A stretch of 64,000 nt of DNA, taken from positions 156,798,001-156,862,000 of the forward strand of contig NC_042999.1 of NCBI RefSeq assembly GCF_006345805.1, written 5' to 3'. Below are positions 61,707 to 64,000 of the stretch, one piece after another. Every line of letters starts with the position of its first letter. Positions within the stretch are counted from its first letter, which is position 1. The notes under the pieces were generated by a model that worked only from the letters and a program-made list of their open reading frames with translations, searched no databases and was not told the DNA's origin. The stretch is from Octopus sinensis. Its lineage: Eukaryota. A program made the position numbers and the translations under genes.

Positions 61707-62475
61707 AAATATTCTTCCTTCATGGTAACAGGTGGAATTGAGATAAAATTTGACAATAATGTTTATTTATTTGTTTTATATCAGCTGCCATCATTTAAAA
61801 ACTCAGTTCAACCAGAGATGCGATGTAAATCTGAATGGAAAAGCAATTTTCAGAGTCGTTATGGCTCATAACGCTAATTGTTGAACGCCTTTTCTCACTT
61901 AAGAATGTTCAGTAGACAATGAAATGAGTTGAATGTGACTATAATAGAGGTTATGTTACAATGTAAGTGAAATCTAAGAAAAAAAAAGCCAAGCCATTAT
62001 TGGAACTTAACTGAAAGTAAGCTATCTAAATACTCTTATTTTACTTATTAATTTATTTTTTTGCAAGTAATTTTGTGAAATCAGTCAATACTAATCCAAA
62101 CTTGTTTTGGTATATACATATAAATTAAAGTTCATGTGAATTCAAGTGTCAAGACATACTGTATTTGTGTTTACAAATCATGGCAATCCTAAATACTAAC
62201 AGAGTAATTATAGAAAAGTTCCTATTTATGGAACAGCTGAAAATTAAAACAATTCATATAGTTGAGTACATTTTTTTAGTAATGAAAATGTACTTCTCAG
62301 AAAGGATTTTTATTTGTACAACTAATGGAAACCTACAACGATTGGTCACTATCAAGGATAGAAGTAATGCTAGGCATTATAATTCACAGCATCATTTACC
62401 GGTGGTACTTAACTGCAAGACGGTTCAGTGGTAGACTAAATAAAGTTTTGCAGAATGTTATTAAATCAGTAAATA

Positions 62476-62895
62476 TAGGGTTTCCTGACCAACTTTAGAT
62501 TTGTACTGACCAATATTACTGATTTTTACCGACCAATATTTGAGTTGTACTGATCAATTTTAGATTTTTACCAACCAATTTTAGAAAATTTACTGATCAA
62601 CTTCAGAATTATTATTTTGATAGATATTTCTAAATACAATATCTTGAACCCAAATATATATTTTTAATATGTACACTTATAATCAAGAATTTTACCACTA
62701 TATTACCATTATATCAATTGAAGATTTTTTGAACGAAATTGCTTATATATATATATATATATTTTATTGACAATATATATAGATGGATAGATAATAAAAA
62801 CGATGCAAAACAATAAAATATTTCTATTTGAGAAGTTCTATAAAATCCAAATAAAGTTTATTCAAGAAGATATATATATATATATATTATATATA

Positions 62896-62965
<70 letters not shown>

Positions 62966-63323
62966 GTGTGTGTGTGTGTGTGTGTGTGTAATCTTTATTC
63001 ATTAATGATCTACTTCTCTGAAGAACAAATATAGCCTAACATTTTTCTATAAAATGAATTGCAATGTTTTTTAGTAATTTTGTTGAATTTGTTTGATATT
63101 AAATCCTTTAATTTATTTTCATTTCATGCATTAGAATGCAAGACCAGTGGTAAAATTCCTGATTATAAGAGTACATATTAAAAATATTTGGGTTCAAGAT
63201 ACTTTATTTAGAAATATATATCAAAAACATTATTCTGAAGTTGATTTTTTTTTTTTGTCTAAAATTGTTCGGTACAAATCTAAAATTGATTAGTACAAAT
63301 CTAAAATTGGCTAGGAAACCCTA
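62476..63323. mobile_element. Foldback DNA element with TAGGGTTTCCT termini and subterminal repeats
   Basis: 62476-62700 pairs with 63140-63323; central (TA)/(GT) microsatellite. Confidence 0.7.
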
Positions 63324-64000
63324 TAAAATGAAAGCTTATATGTTGAATAGTCACATTTTTCAGAGTCTCATGTCTATGTGCACTGTACAGATGTTCAATG
63401 GTCAATTTTATCATGTAATCTTGACTGTTCTCTTCGGGAATTTATTTAAGATCACGTGATGAGGAAATGTTAAGTGTACTTGAAAATCAATGGGTTGACA
63501 TAACTTTTGAGCATTTTGAGATGAACATCAAATTGTTGGCAAACAATATGAACTTTGATAAAAGCAAAGGGATACCCATAAATTCTTTAATCAGAAAAAT
63601 CACATTTTGCAAAAATAACATTTCCACACAGGAATTTCTTAGACCTTTTGAGTATACAACTAATAAAAGAACATAATGAGAGTGATTTGATATTAGATTT
63701 ACATCTAGAAAGTTATTTTTGCCATCTTCAGGCACTGAAAGATAATGTGATGACTAGATTTTGAATTCCATAAGGAATTCCATGAAGAATTTGCAAATAT
63801 TAAATTCAGTTTCAAAACAATTGCCCTCCACAAATCAATGATCTACAAGCCTTCAAAATGACCTCTTCAATATGATAAAAAGGTAAAGTGTTAAGAACAT
63901 TCTTAAGCTTTCAAGACACTTTGCTTAAAGGGCTGATGGATTTCTGTAACTCTACATATTATGTATTCTATCTGATAAAACAAAAAACTTGTTGATAAAT

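Overview
AT-rich eukaryotic DNA, mostly transposon relics and microsatellites. I infer octopus or another coleoid cephalopod from recalled SINE families; this is not verified. No prokaryotic features, rRNA, intact tRNA or CRISPR arrays are present, and most tracked ORFs are microsatellite or decayed-TE artefacts. Recognisable elements: three tRNA-type SINE families, RTE/CR1/Penelope retroelement relics, Tc1, mariner, pogo/Tigger, a DFSENY-type DDE transposase, a hAT relic, a Helitron, several GG-terminal 8-bp-TSD (Merlin-like) MITE families, and a ~2.28-kb near-perfect tandem duplication. Weak splice evidence suggests an unidentified minus-strand host gene (about 37.7 kb to 7.2 kb). The most striking signal is eight minimal type I hammerhead-ribozyme-like motifs with (near-)palindromic helix III. 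One is a complete GUC hammerhead at the tip of a long rod inside a 351-nt unit with partial-tandem ends (13725-14193), which resembles a circular-RNA retrozyme. Repeat boundaries were read by eye and are approximate.
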